64,000 bases of DNA from Escherichia phage 172-1, in the sequence record NC_028903.1; one strand, given 5' to 3'. Positions 25,838 to 35,484 of the stretch are shown here, one piece after another. Both the position numbers and the translations under genes were made by a program. How positions within the stretch are numbered: the stretch's first letter is position 1; each line of letters begins with the position of its first letter. Under the pieces are notes generated by a model. It worked only from the letters and a program-made list of their open reading frames with translations, was not told where the DNA came from and made no database searches.

Positions 25838-28800
25838 ATGGCGCTGTATCCAATAAAGTCACTAGGTGCTGTAGGCGTTATCGCTGATCAAGCTCCGACA
25901 GACTTAGCTCCTAATGCTTTCACTAATGCTATAAATGCTCGATTTGTTGAGCAGAGAGTATTTAAGACGGGGGGCAATGCCCCTCTTTCTTATGTAGACG
26001 AAGATAAGGACTTAACCCCTCTGTCTTTCGTGTCTATGCCTTTCGATTATTATAGCGCAGGTAATAGCTTTCTTGTTGTAGGTACGGATAAGAAGTTATA
26101 TAAACTGACAGATGAAAGCTTGACTGACATTAGCCGTAAGGTTGCTACAGTCACTAAAAAGGCTTCTGCCTCAATTAAGATTTATCCAGTTGTTTCTCAA
26201 ATCGTTCCTAAAGAATCAACCATCTCAATGAACTTCAATCAGACTAAGAATCTAGAAGTTTCTCTTCTTCCTGCTGATGCTAACAATACCGATCTTGTTT
26301 GGGAGGTTAGTAATTCAACCTATGGGAGTATTACAGTAGACCCTGATGATTCTAAACTTGCTACTCTAACATCTTTTGAGAGAGAGGGTAATCTTGTAGT
26401 AACCATCTCTACTGCTGATGATTCTGTAGTGGCTCAGATTGCTGTGAACATTATAGATGGTGATTCAGGCATCTTCTTGAGTCAAGATACTGTTACTATC
26501 CGTAAAGGAGGGACTACCACTCTTACGGCTGTTACTGGTAAAACCCCTGTAACTTGGTCCAGCAGCAATGCTTCTATTGTATCCGTAACCCCTAACGCTA
26601 ATTCCCTAACTGCTGTTATTGCTGCTAATGGTGAGGGCAATGTAACAATCACTGCTGATAATGGAACGAAGACTGCTTCTTGTGAGGTTGTTTCCATTCC
26701 TCAGATTGACAGTATCACTTTAAGCCAGTCAGATGTGATAGTTAGTAGAGGTTCTCAATACATCTTAACTGCTACCCTTTCTCCTGCTAACGCCCCTAAT
26801 CAAAACATTACTTGGACTTCTTCTAATCCAAATATTGCAACAGTATCAGGGACCAGCACACAAGGGACGATCAATGCTTTACTTGCAGGCTTTACTGAGA
26901 TTACGGCTACCACTGAAGAAGGTAACAGGGTTGCTGTCTGTACTGTACGTGTAGATTTAGCTGGTAGGACAATGAGAACAAGTGCTATGGCATTTGCTGC
27001 TCCTGTATCAGAGCCAATTGGATCACAAGAGGAAGAAGTAGTAACTCCACCTGAAAGTGAAGAGACGGTTTATTTTGCTGAGCCTACGTCTGGTATTGAC
27101 ACATCTGGTATGTACGAAGGTAACAGCTTCTACGACTATTCTAACGTAAACGATATTGAAGGTTTTGCAAGAGCTTCTTTGTTCGCAACTCCTTTGTCAT
27201 CCGTAACCTTAGATGTTGTCAGCGCTTCTCTCGATGTTGGTGAAGAGATTGTTATCACAGCTACAGCTTCTCCAGAAGGTGAGTATTCCTATCAGTGGTC
27301 TGTTGATAAGACTGGTTATGTTTCTACAACTTCAGTTACTGGTAAATCTATCAAACTGGTTGCTCTTCGTAAAGGAGAGGTTAACGTAACATGTACTGTC
27401 AGTCAGATGACTCAGAAGGATTACGATGCTTTTGATGACTATCCTTGGTATCACGCTGTTATCTCTAACTGTGCAGTTGCTACAACCCACTATGAAACTC
27501 CTCAGGTAAAAGAATTCGAATCAGAATACTTTGTAGACCTTCCGGGATGGGGTGAGCAAACAGTTGTTGATAACGATGGAAACCCTTCAGTCAAGAAGTT
27601 TAACTGGAAATGTGAGAGAGTAAGATCTTTTAACAACCGTCTTTTTGCTCTGAATATGAGAGAGGCTAATGCTTCTGGTGTTACCACTAACTACCCGCTT
27701 CGTCTTCGTTGGTCTAACTTTGCCAATGAGAACAAAGCTCCTACACTGTGGGATGACTTTGCCTATGATCGAGTTGTGTCTTCGGACTTAGCTTCTAATA
27801 TCGTAGGACAGACTCAGGCTTTGGAGAATGGGTATGCTGGTTACATTGACCTAGCGGACTCTAATGGTAGCTTGATTGATATTCTTCCTCTTAAAGATTA
27901 CTTGTTCGTTTATACAGAGTTTGAAACGTATATTGGTTCTCCGACTAATAACACATACCAACCTCTGATGTTCAAGAAACTCTTTAATGACTCTGGTATC
28001 CTTGCTCCTGAGTGTGTGGTTGAAGTAGAAGGTAGCCACTTCGTAGTTACTCAGAACGATGTAATCCTACACAATGGTGCAACCAAGAAGTCAATTGCAT
28101 CTAACCGTGTTAAGAACATGCTGATTAATGAGGTGTGTCTGGTTAACCCTCTAGCAACTCGAGTACACTTGCATCAGGATAAGAAAGAAGTTTGGGTTCT
28201 CTATGTAGGTCCGGGAGAGCCGAAAGAAAGCTTCGCTTGCACTAAAGCTGCTGTATGGAACTACGAGTTTGATACTTGGTCTTTCCGTACTATCCCTTAT
28301 GCTCAGTGTATCGGTCTGGTTGATCCTCCTGTTCTAGAGAGAGGTCCAATCTGGTCTGACTTCCAAGAGATCACTTGGGATGACCCATCTATCAAAGAAC
28401 TCGTTTGGAGAAAGGATGCAACAAACTTTAGACAGAGGGTTACGATAGTAGGTTCGTTCTTGAGGGGATTCTACCAAGTGGATGTAGGTGCTCTTGATTA
28501 TTTCTATGACAGGTTAAATGATGTTGTTATAGAGAAGCCTCTGGAGATGAGGTTGGAGAGAACTGGTCTAGATTTTGATAATGTGACAAATGAGTGGAAT
28601 CAGAAGCATATTAACAGATTCCGTCCTCAGACAACCGGCTCAGGCACTTATACCTTTGAAGCTGGAGGTAGTCAATTCTCAAATGAATATGGACACCCAC
28701 ACACATCTAAGACTTATACAATCGGTGTTGACAGGCATGTCTCGGTGAGACTGAACCATCCATACCTTTTCTATAATGTTATAGATAATGATGTTAACAG

Positions 28801-28855
28801 TAATGCTGCTATCAATGGGTTAACGATAGAGTTTGCTGTTGGCGGACGGAGATAA
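25838..28855 (+). CDS. large tail/virion protein with multiple Ig-like domains
   Basis: 1005 aa; several ~80 aa Thr/Ser-rich beta-repeats resembling Big_2 domains, large C-terminal domain. Confidence 0.55.
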   Translation: MALYPIKSLGAVGVIADQAPTDLAPNAFTNAINARFVEQRVFKTGGNAPLSYVDEDKDLTPLSFVSMPFDYYSAGNSFLVVGTDKKLYKLTDESLTDISRKVATVTKKASASIKIYPVVSQIVPKESTISMNFNQTKNLEVSLLPADANNTDLVWEVSNSTYGSITVDPDDSKLATLTSFEREGNLVVTISTADDSVVAQIAVNIIDGDSGIFLSQDTVTIRKGGTTTLTAVTGKTPVTWSSSNASIVSVTPNANSLTAVIAANGEGNVTITADNGTKTASCEVVSIPQIDSITLSQSDVIVSRGSQYILTATLSPANAPNQNITWTSSNPNIATVSGTSTQGTINALLAGFTEITATTEEGNRVAVCTVRVDLAGRTMRTSAMAFAAPVSEPIGSQEEEVVTPPESEETVYFAEPTSGIDTSGMYEGNSFYDYSNVNDIEGFARASLFATPLSSVTLDVVSASLDVGEEIVITATASPEGEYSYQWSVDKTGYVSTTSVTGKSIKLVALRKGEVNVTCTVSQMTQKDYDAFDDYPWYHAVISNCAVATTHYETPQVKEFESEYFVDLPGWGEQTVVDNDGNPSVKKFNWKCERVRSFNNRLFALNMREANASGVTTNYPLRLRWSNFANENKAPTLWDDFAYDRVVSSDLASNIVGQTQALENGYAGYIDLADSNGSLIDILPLKDYLFVYTEFETYIGSPTNNTYQPLMFKKLFNDSGILAPECVVEVEGSHFVVTQNDVILHNGATKKSIASNRVKNMLINEVCLVNPLATRVHLHQDKKEVWVLYVGPGEPKESFACTKAAVWNYEFDTWSFRTIPYAQCIGLVDPPVLERGPIWSDFQEITWDDPSIKELVWRKDATNFRQRVTIVGSFLRGFYQVDVGALDYFYDRLNDVVIEKPLEMRLERTGLDFDNVTNEWNQKHINRFRPQTTGSGTYTFEAGGSQFSNEYGHPHTSKTYTIGVDRHVSVRLNHPYLFYNVIDNDVNSNAAINGLTIEFAVGGRR

Positions 28856-28859
28856 CAAC

Positions 28860-28888
28860 AAGGGGCTTCGTGCCCCTTTTATTGTTTT
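28860..28888 (+). terminator. rho-independent terminator
   Basis: AAGGGGC-ttcgt-GCCCCTT followed by T-rich run. Confidence 0.55.
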
Positions 28889-28898
28889 GGAGGAACTT

Positions 28899-29867
28899 AT
28901 GGGTGCAGGTGGTTTTCGTAAGAACACTGGTCGTAATAACACCACACTCCCGTACAACGTTGGGTTTCTCAATAATGTACAGGACACAGAAACATATAAC
29001 GTAGCCGTATATGACGAGCTACAGAAAGTCAGTACAGCTACTAACCAAATGTTCCAAGCTATTGATGAGATTCACGATGAGATTGATGTTCGTATCAAAG
29101 CTCTTCATGCGATGAATCTACAATTTGATGAGCTTGAGAACAGAATTACCACAGAGATTGAAACAGCTATCGCAGATATTATAACACAGATGGGGAATCT
29201 CTCCACTGAAGATATTTGGGATAATTCTGTTCAACCTCCTGTAAAATTAGAAAGCACTGTATCTGGCTTTAAGACAAGTATTGAAGGTAACACAACTAAG
29301 ATTCAAACGGTAGAAGGGATTGTTAACGACCAAGGTCAAGAGATTGCTTTAGTTCAGACAGAGATTCAAAATATCAATGGAAGCCTCTCTCAGTATATGA
29401 AGCTTTCTGAGTATGAAGCTACTTGGGGTGTTAACTCTACGGTCAACGGAAGATACGCTGGGGTCAAGTTAACTAACAACGGAACAAACAGTCAATTCCA
29501 AGTAACAGCTAACAAGTTTATTGTTGGTGATGGCAGCTCTGGTAATACCCCTTTTGTATTTGAAGGCGGAAGAGCTAGGATGGAATTCGCTGACATAAAG
29601 AACGTCAACATCACAACAGCTCAGATTGCCAACGCTAGAATTCAATGGGCACAGATTGATAACGTATCTATCTCCAATGCTCAAATTCAGAACTTATCAG
29701 CGGATAAAATCACTGCTGGTTCTATGTGGGGTTCTAACTGGAGACTTACTGTTGGGGGTGACTTTGTTATGGGTGGCACAGGTGGTTCTCAGTTGTGGAT
29801 GAATGGTAATAGAATAGATTTTTATGATGGGAGTGGAACTCTTCGCATAAGAATAGGGAGTTGGTAA
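28899..29867 (+). CDS. tail-associated protein
   Basis: Start moved to ATG 28899 (GGAGGA RBS) downstream of terminator; 322 aa. Confidence 0.45.
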   Translation: MGAGGFRKNTGRNNTTLPYNVGFLNNVQDTETYNVAVYDELQKVSTATNQMFQAIDEIHDEIDVRIKALHAMNLQFDELENRITTEIETAIADIITQMGNLSTEDIWDNSVQPPVKLESTVSGFKTSIEGNTTKIQTVEGIVNDQGQEIALVQTEIQNINGSLSQYMKLSEYEATWGVNSTVNGRYAGVKLTNNGTNSQFQVTANKFIVGDGSSGNTPFVFEGGRARMEFADIKNVNITTAQIANARIQWAQIDNVSISNAQIQNLSADKITAGSMWGSNWRLTVGGDFVMGGTGGSQLWMNGNRIDFYDGSGTLRIRIGSW

Positions 29868-29868
29868 T

Positions 29869-30903
29869 ATGGCGTATGGAATATGGACAAGACCGGTCGG
29901 TCCGGGGCCAGCAGCACCTGCTGATATTTACATTGACAGTGGTAGCACATTCCCTCAGTTAAGAAACAGGGTCAGTGGTAATTTTTCTTTTAATGGTAAC
30001 ACATGTGATCTACCTATAAGCGGTTGGGATGGAAGTGGTCAGATAGTTGTAGTCCCAACAGGGTCTGTTGTTTGGGAGAGATACATACCTCCTAATGTAA
30101 CATCTGATGTGTATTGGCTAACGGATATATCTGTTATTAATAACTCAACCTTCAGAGTTACTATGGATTATAATGTAAACGGTTGGGTATTTGATATGGC
30201 TTTTAATGTATATCAAATATGGCCTAGAGCTAACAGGAACTATGGAATCACATTCTCCAACTCTGCTGACTATTTCTCAATCTCTGATTCTGGAGTTGTT
30301 GGTCAATGTATTTGGGCTTGGGAGGGTGACATAAATGGTGCTCTTCAAATACCAGATATTGGTGGTTTTGATATGAGCCGAGCAACTGTCTACGCGAATT
30401 GGAGTAACGGCGGAGCAGGTCTGCTATACAACCCATCCAATAGGGTTGTTTATGTGTACCAGAACAGGTCTCATGATAATGGTAACACAAACCAAACAGG
30501 GTACATTGGTGGTGTTAGGATTGCCGTCTTCTGTGATGGTTCGGGAGTACCAACCCACAATGGAGGTTTAAATATCTTTTCTCCAAATGGGTCTCAGTGT
30601 GTTTTTTCTACATATAGAACCCCTTTTAGTGTTGAGGGGTTTATGCCTATGAGTGGTGGTAACACATCTTTGGCCTATCCAATGATACCTCTATCTTATG
30701 GTGCTGGAGCAATAAGAGGTAAGGCTAGTGGTTGGTATTTTCAACACACAAGATCTCACATGATGAATGGCTCTTCTTTTGGTACAGGTTTCGGAAGGAT
30801 GATTTACTCTTGGAGTAGTCAATATGATTTAGGAGGGGGTGGTGCCCTCGGGTTAAGTATTCCAATATTAGATGCTAGAAAGATATTCAGGAGTATACAA
30901 TAA
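29869..30903 (+). CDS. tail-associated protein
   Basis: 344 aa; Gly/Ser/Asn-rich beta-type composition. Confidence 0.45.
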   Translation: MAYGIWTRPVGPGPAAPADIYIDSGSTFPQLRNRVSGNFSFNGNTCDLPISGWDGSGQIVVVPTGSVVWERYIPPNVTSDVYWLTDISVINNSTFRVTMDYNVNGWVFDMAFNVYQIWPRANRNYGITFSNSADYFSISDSGVVGQCIWAWEGDINGALQIPDIGGFDMSRATVYANWSNGGAGLLYNPSNRVVYVYQNRSHDNGNTNQTGYIGGVRIAVFCDGSGVPTHNGGLNIFSPNGSQCVFSTYRTPFSVEGFMPMSGGNTSLAYPMIPLSYGAGAIRGKASGWYFQHTRSHMMNGSSFGTGFGRMIYSWSSQYDLGGGGALGLSIPILDARKIFRSIQ

Positions 30904-30912
30904 GGAGATATT

Positions 30913-31695
30913 ATGGCAATTAGAATGGGTATCGAAGAACTAGACCCAATGGTACAGCAAGCTTCAAAGAAGTATGGGATTCCTGCTGCTTTGATTCATG
31001 CTGTAATCCAAAGAGAGTCTAGTGGACGTCCTAAAGTAGCCTCTGGAACTGGTCCTGTAGGTCTAATGCAGATCAGTAAAGGGTTGGCTAAAGACTATGG
31101 ATACAAACTAGAAGATAGACTGGACCCAGCAAAGAATATTGACATGGGTGCTCGTTATATCAGAGATAACTTAAAAGCTTTTAATGGTGATGTTAAGAAA
31201 GCAATGGTTGGTTACTCTGAAGGGACAGGGGGTGCTAGGCAGATGTTTGCTGGTAAGAAAGGGTTTACCCCTCAGGCTCTAGACTCAATGAACAATAAAC
31301 ATTTTCTTCCTTTTTACGGTGATGCAGCTTCTCAGATTGCTAACCCAATTGGGGCTTTACAAGCTGTTCAACCAGCCAATCAGTTTAATCCTGACCTGTT
31401 AGATAGAGAGAAGGCTGCACAAGCTCCCACTCAGGCAGAGATTGCTGCTTCTAAGACGGGTGCTTTAGGTGGTAATCCGGTAGAGTTTTACTCTGATGAA
31501 GTACAGGAGGGTGAAGACCAGAAGCCTCAACAGAACTTTGGTAATGCAGTATTAGGAGTAGCTGCTATGCTTGCTGGTAAACCTCCTACTTCTCAAACAG
31601 TTCAGAGGGCAAGTGCACCTCATGCAGCAGGTTCTCAGTACAGTCCACAAACACAAGCAGTGCTTAGACGTTTGGCTAGCATTGGTGTTAAGTAA
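30913..31695 (+). CDS. lytic transglycosylase (SLT domain) virion protein
   Basis: 260 aa; AVIQRESSGRP and PVGLMQISKGLAKDYGY motifs. Confidence 0.75.
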   Translation: MAIRMGIEELDPMVQQASKKYGIPAALIHAVIQRESSGRPKVASGTGPVGLMQISKGLAKDYGYKLEDRLDPAKNIDMGARYIRDNLKAFNGDVKKAMVGYSEGTGGARQMFAGKKGFTPQALDSMNNKHFLPFYGDAASQIANPIGALQAVQPANQFNPDLLDREKAAQAPTQAEIAASKTGALGGNPVEFYSDEVQEGEDQKPQQNFGNAVLGVAAMLAGKPPTSQTVQRASAPHAAGSQYSPQTQAVLRRLASIGVK

Positions 31696-31714
31696 TAGTC
31701 ATTAAGGAGGACTT

Positions 31715-32767
31715 ATGTCTTTATTTGGAAAATCAGCTTCTAGCAAAACCACAGTGGCTCCTTCCTCTCAGGTTGATGCCCTGCTGAAGCAGATTGTTGC
31801 TAATGCTCAGAATATGCAGAACAACGATCAGGGATTTATTTCCCAACAGCTGGCTGGGTTTAATGGCAACCAACAAGGTGCTCTGAATAACTTAGCAGCT
31901 TCTACAACTCAAAAACAATTGGCTGATATGTACACACCTCGTACACAGCAAGGTTTGGACCAACTGAACTCTCTTGCCAAACAGTATCAGAATATTGTTA
32001 ATGGTGGCGGTTTAACTGCTGATGGTGTTAACAACTTTAGTAAAGGATTAAATAGCTCAGCTCTTTCTCAGGCTACTAGCAAAGCAGCTTCTAATGTTTC
32101 TCTTGGCAATGGCTCTGATTCAGGCTCTCTCCGTAGGGCTGCGGCTCAAGGGGCGGCTTTGAATGGTGCTAATACAAATCTATCTCGTACCATCAATGGT
32201 AAGAACATGGGAATCAGTGCTCTTCAACAAGACCAGAACTTCCAGAGAGGTTTGCTTGGTGCTCAGTCTGGTTTAGCTGGACAGAATCTCAATCTTGGTG
32301 CTCAAGGTGTTCAGTCAACTCAGCAAGCTATCCAGAATCAACTTATGGCTGGTAATCTACAACAGCAACAAGCTCAAGCTCAAGCAGATATCAATTGGCA
32401 AAACGCTATTGGTTCTCAGCAGTATGGATGGAATCAGCTTAACAACCAGCTTAATGTATTAAACAGTGTAAGCCCGATGGCTGGATACACAATTAAGAAT
32501 GCTGCTCCGGGAGTTAATACTGGACAACAGCTCCTAGGTGCTGGTATCACTGGCTTGGGTATTGCAGGTCGTTTGGGTGCTTTCTCTCCTAACCAACAGA
32601 CCCAGAATGCTTGGAGTTCCTATAACAACTCAGGTGGGCAGTCTGGTATGGCTGGTCCTATGATTGGAGGTTCTAATCTTTCTCAACAGAAAGGTCAGTC
32701 TAACTGGTTATCCACAACGGGTAATAATATCTTAGGCGGCGTCTTAGGGGCATTCGGAGCAAACTAA
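31715..32767 (+). CDS. Q/N/G-rich virion protein
   Basis: 350 aa low-complexity, poly-Q stretches. Confidence 0.45.
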   Translation: MSLFGKSASSKTTVAPSSQVDALLKQIVANAQNMQNNDQGFISQQLAGFNGNQQGALNNLAASTTQKQLADMYTPRTQQGLDQLNSLAKQYQNIVNGGGLTADGVNNFSKGLNSSALSQATSKAASNVSLGNGSDSGSLRRAAAQGAALNGANTNLSRTINGKNMGISALQQDQNFQRGLLGAQSGLAGQNLNLGAQGVQSTQQAIQNQLMAGNLQQQQAQAQADINWQNAIGSQQYGWNQLNNQLNVLNSVSPMAGYTIKNAAPGVNTGQQLLGAGITGLGIAGRLGAFSPNQQTQNAWSSYNNSGGQSGMAGPMIGGSNLSQQKGQSNWLSTTGNNILGGVLGAFGAN

Positions 32768-32779
32768 AGGAGATTTAAT

Positions 32780-33748
32780 ATGGCACTTTTCGGAGGCGGG
32801 GGTAGTAAGACTACTTCTCAAATGATTCGCCCTGAATACATCCAACAGTATATTGACCAGCTTAATCAACAGATTGGTAATACTAGTTCAGGGGATTATG
32901 TTTATCGTGACAATGTAGGATTCAATAACAACCAGACAGAAGCTCTTAACAACTTAGCACAATCTGGTGCCCTAGGGACTCTCTCACAGCAATACATGGA
33001 TGCAGCAGGTCAAGGGTTGGGTTATCTAGATAATGCCTATAAAGGCTATCAGAGCCTCTCTGGACAAGGTGGGATTACTGGGGAACAGATTGGTGCTCTT
33101 GCTGGTCAACTGTATGATGACGATGCTGTTCAGGCAGCTATTACAGCTAATAATGAACAAGTTCAGCAGAACCTAGCACGCAACGCTCTTCCTCAGCTAG
33201 CTCAGCAGTATGCTGGTCAGCAGGGTTCAGGTGCTCGTATGGCTAAATCTTTTGCTCAAGGTGATGCTCTGAATCAGATGCAAAGCCAAGCAACAGATAT
33301 TACTAACAGTGCTTATAACTCGGCTATCAACCAAGCTGAAAGCATTCTCTCTGGTAATAGACAGAATCAGGCAGCTGCTCTCTCAGGTCTTTCTACTATT
33401 GGTTCTAACCTTTCCAATTTAGGTCAACAAGGTGCTGATCTATCTCAACAACAAATATTAAACCAATGGAAGGCTGGGTTGCAGCAACAACAGCAACAAC
33501 AGAATGAATATGATAATGCCTACCAGAATGCTCAGAACGCAGCTAATTGGGGATGGCAAGATATCAACAACCAACTCGGTGCAGCAGGTGTACTTAACGG
33601 CGCTCTCGGACAAACTACAACTACTAAAACATCTGGTGGGGGTGGTGGCTTCTTAGGTGGAGCTATGAGTGGTGCAGCAGCTGGCTCTTCTTTTGGTCCT
33701 TGGGGTGCCTTGGCTGGAGGGGTGATTGGCGGGATGGCTAGTTCTTAA
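32780..33748 (+). CDS. Q/N/G-rich virion protein
   Basis: 322 aa, similar composition to upstream gene. Confidence 0.45.
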   Translation: MALFGGGGSKTTSQMIRPEYIQQYIDQLNQQIGNTSSGDYVYRDNVGFNNNQTEALNNLAQSGALGTLSQQYMDAAGQGLGYLDNAYKGYQSLSGQGGITGEQIGALAGQLYDDDAVQAAITANNEQVQQNLARNALPQLAQQYAGQQGSGARMAKSFAQGDALNQMQSQATDITNSAYNSAINQAESILSGNRQNQAAALSGLSTIGSNLSNLGQQGADLSQQQILNQWKAGLQQQQQQQNEYDNAYQNAQNAANWGWQDINNQLGAAGVLNGALGQTTTTKTSGGGGGFLGGAMSGAAAGSSFGPWGALAGGVIGGMASS

Positions 33749-33761
33749 TTAGGAGATAAAT

Positions 33762-35417
33762 ATGCAACAGACAACTTACGCTCAGGTCAGAAGTCGTGAC
33801 CCGAGAAATACTTTCTATGGTGTTAATCCGGGAGCGGCTTCGGCCTCTCCTTATATGGCTAGACCTACTCAGACAGCGGATGTTTCTATGTACCAGCGTC
33901 CTGCTGTACCTTCATCTCTCGCAGGTCTTGTCTCTCAGGCAGAAGAAGATCAGAATGCTATGGTGAATCCGGGATTCCAGCAACGTCTTATGGAACAACA
34001 GAATCAAGGAACCCCAACAAGTCTTCAGGGTATTGACATTGGAGCACCAGCCCCTGTAGCAGCTAATCCTAATTTATCTACTGATCAAGGTTTGCAGGAT
34101 GCTGGACTTATGCCTAGTGACCCTCTTCCGGTGACACCTCCTGCCAAGCCACTAGAAACTGGTCCTATGGAGTTTACTCCTTCTCAGGTTGAACAAGCAC
34201 AAGGTGTTGTTAATACTCTTGCTCAAGGACAAGACACCGGTGACGGAATGGCTGCTGCTACTCGTACTAAAGATCAAGAGCGTGTTAACAATGATATCTT
34301 GCAAGTTGCAAAAGCTAAAGATCCTTCAGAAGCTTGGAAGAAGTTACAGAAAGAACCTTTCTATCAGAACTCTAGTTTCTATACAGGTTTAATGGGTGTA
34401 GGTCTTTCTATCATGTCAGGTAAATCTCCTATCGAAGCATTCCAGATTGGTCAGGGGATGGCTAATCAAGATGAGACTAAAAAGCAACTGGAAGCTAACC
34501 GTGATGCTCTGATTGAACAAGGTTTCTCTCAAGACTCAATTGCAGCTGCTATAGCTCAGGGTGATCCTTCTCTTCTGAAGATGAAAGCTAAAGACCCTCT
34601 TCAACAGGAAGCTCTGTATGCTGCTCGTGAAGAACGTCAGAATGCTGAATGGGATAGACGTCAACAGATTCAAGAGCAGTCTATGCGTGAACGTGCTGAG
34701 GAAACTCGTCGTGCTGCTGAAAAGAGAACTGACATGAACTTTGAACGTCAGAAAGAGTTGATTGGTTATCGTGATAAAGTTAAGGCTGAACGTGCTGAAC
34801 AAGTTGCTCAGAGTTTTAACTTCCCCACGAAAGAAATTCGTAACGCTCAGAATACAGCTGAAGGTACAATTGCTAAGCAGTGGGCAGAGAAAGGTGGCCT
34901 GTTTAACCAGTCTAACAAAGACTTGGATTTGGCTGATAAAGCTGTTAAGGACAAGGATTACCAGACGGCCCGTTCTGCTTACATGCAGGCTATCATGAAC
35001 TCCGCAAGGGCTGAAATCGGCTCTACTCGTTCTCTTACTGAAGAAGACTTGGGACATTTTGCAGAAGACCCATCAATCTTTATCCGTGTAGGTAACAAGT
35101 TCGCTCTGAAGTCTGGGTGGCGTCCTACTGATTCTGCTCTTGCTTATGCTCGTAAACAGGCTAACGTCGGTCATACCTCTGCTATGAAAGGTGTTGCTGA
35201 TGCTAAGAGAGATACTATCAACGCTTATGTTGGTTCTGGTATGGATAAGAAGAGAGCTACTGCATTGGTTAACCGTGCAATTCCTTCTGGCGGTTTCTAT
35301 GACCCTCTCGGTGTTTTCTCTGATGAAGCAGAAGATTATGTTGGTGGTGCAGCAACCAACCCTAAACTGAACGGTGCTTTATCAGCTGTCGAAGACACTA
35401 GCTGGTTCACGCAATAA
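33762..35417 (+). CDS. virion-associated protein
   Basis: 551 aa; position between internal proteins and large virion protein. Confidence 0.45.
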   Translation: MQQTTYAQVRSRDPRNTFYGVNPGAASASPYMARPTQTADVSMYQRPAVPSSLAGLVSQAEEDQNAMVNPGFQQRLMEQQNQGTPTSLQGIDIGAPAPVAANPNLSTDQGLQDAGLMPSDPLPVTPPAKPLETGPMEFTPSQVEQAQGVVNTLAQGQDTGDGMAAATRTKDQERVNNDILQVAKAKDPSEAWKKLQKEPFYQNSSFYTGLMGVGLSIMSGKSPIEAFQIGQGMANQDETKKQLEANRDALIEQGFSQDSIAAAIAQGDPSLLKMKAKDPLQQEALYAAREERQNAEWDRRQQIQEQSMRERAEETRRAAEKRTDMNFERQKELIGYRDKVKAERAEQVAQSFNFPTKEIRNAQNTAEGTIAKQWAEKGGLFNQSNKDLDLADKAVKDKDYQTARSAYMQAIMNSARAEIGSTRSLTEEDLGHFAEDPSIFIRVGNKFALKSGWRPTDSALAYARKQANVGHTSAMKGVADAKRDTINAYVGSGMDKKRATALVNRAIPSGGFYDPLGVFSDEAEDYVGGAATNPKLNGALSAVEDTSWFTQ

Positions 35418-35448
35418 GACCTAAGTCCTGCCTTCTATAATGTATATA
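35416..35448 (+). promoter_or_regulatory. phage middle/late promoter (AAGACCTA-N14-TAATGTATATA)
   Basis: Same bipartite arrangement and spacing as 18549..18580; 36 nt upstream of ATG 35485. Confidence 0.55.
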
Positions 35449-35484
35449 GGGGGTAGGACATTTTTATTTATAAAAGGAGACGTT

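Noticed and set aside
34189-35057. ORFs 34189..34392, 34536..35057 and 34762..34998 inside gene 33762..35417
   Set aside because: Nested alternative-frame or antisense ORFs with low-complexity translations; no start context.
35440-35484. ATG at 35440 as the start of the large virion protein (track ORF 35440..39906)
   Set aside because: This ATG is inside the TAATGTATATA promoter core and has no RBS; the ATG at 35485 has an AAGGAG RBS and is taken as the start.
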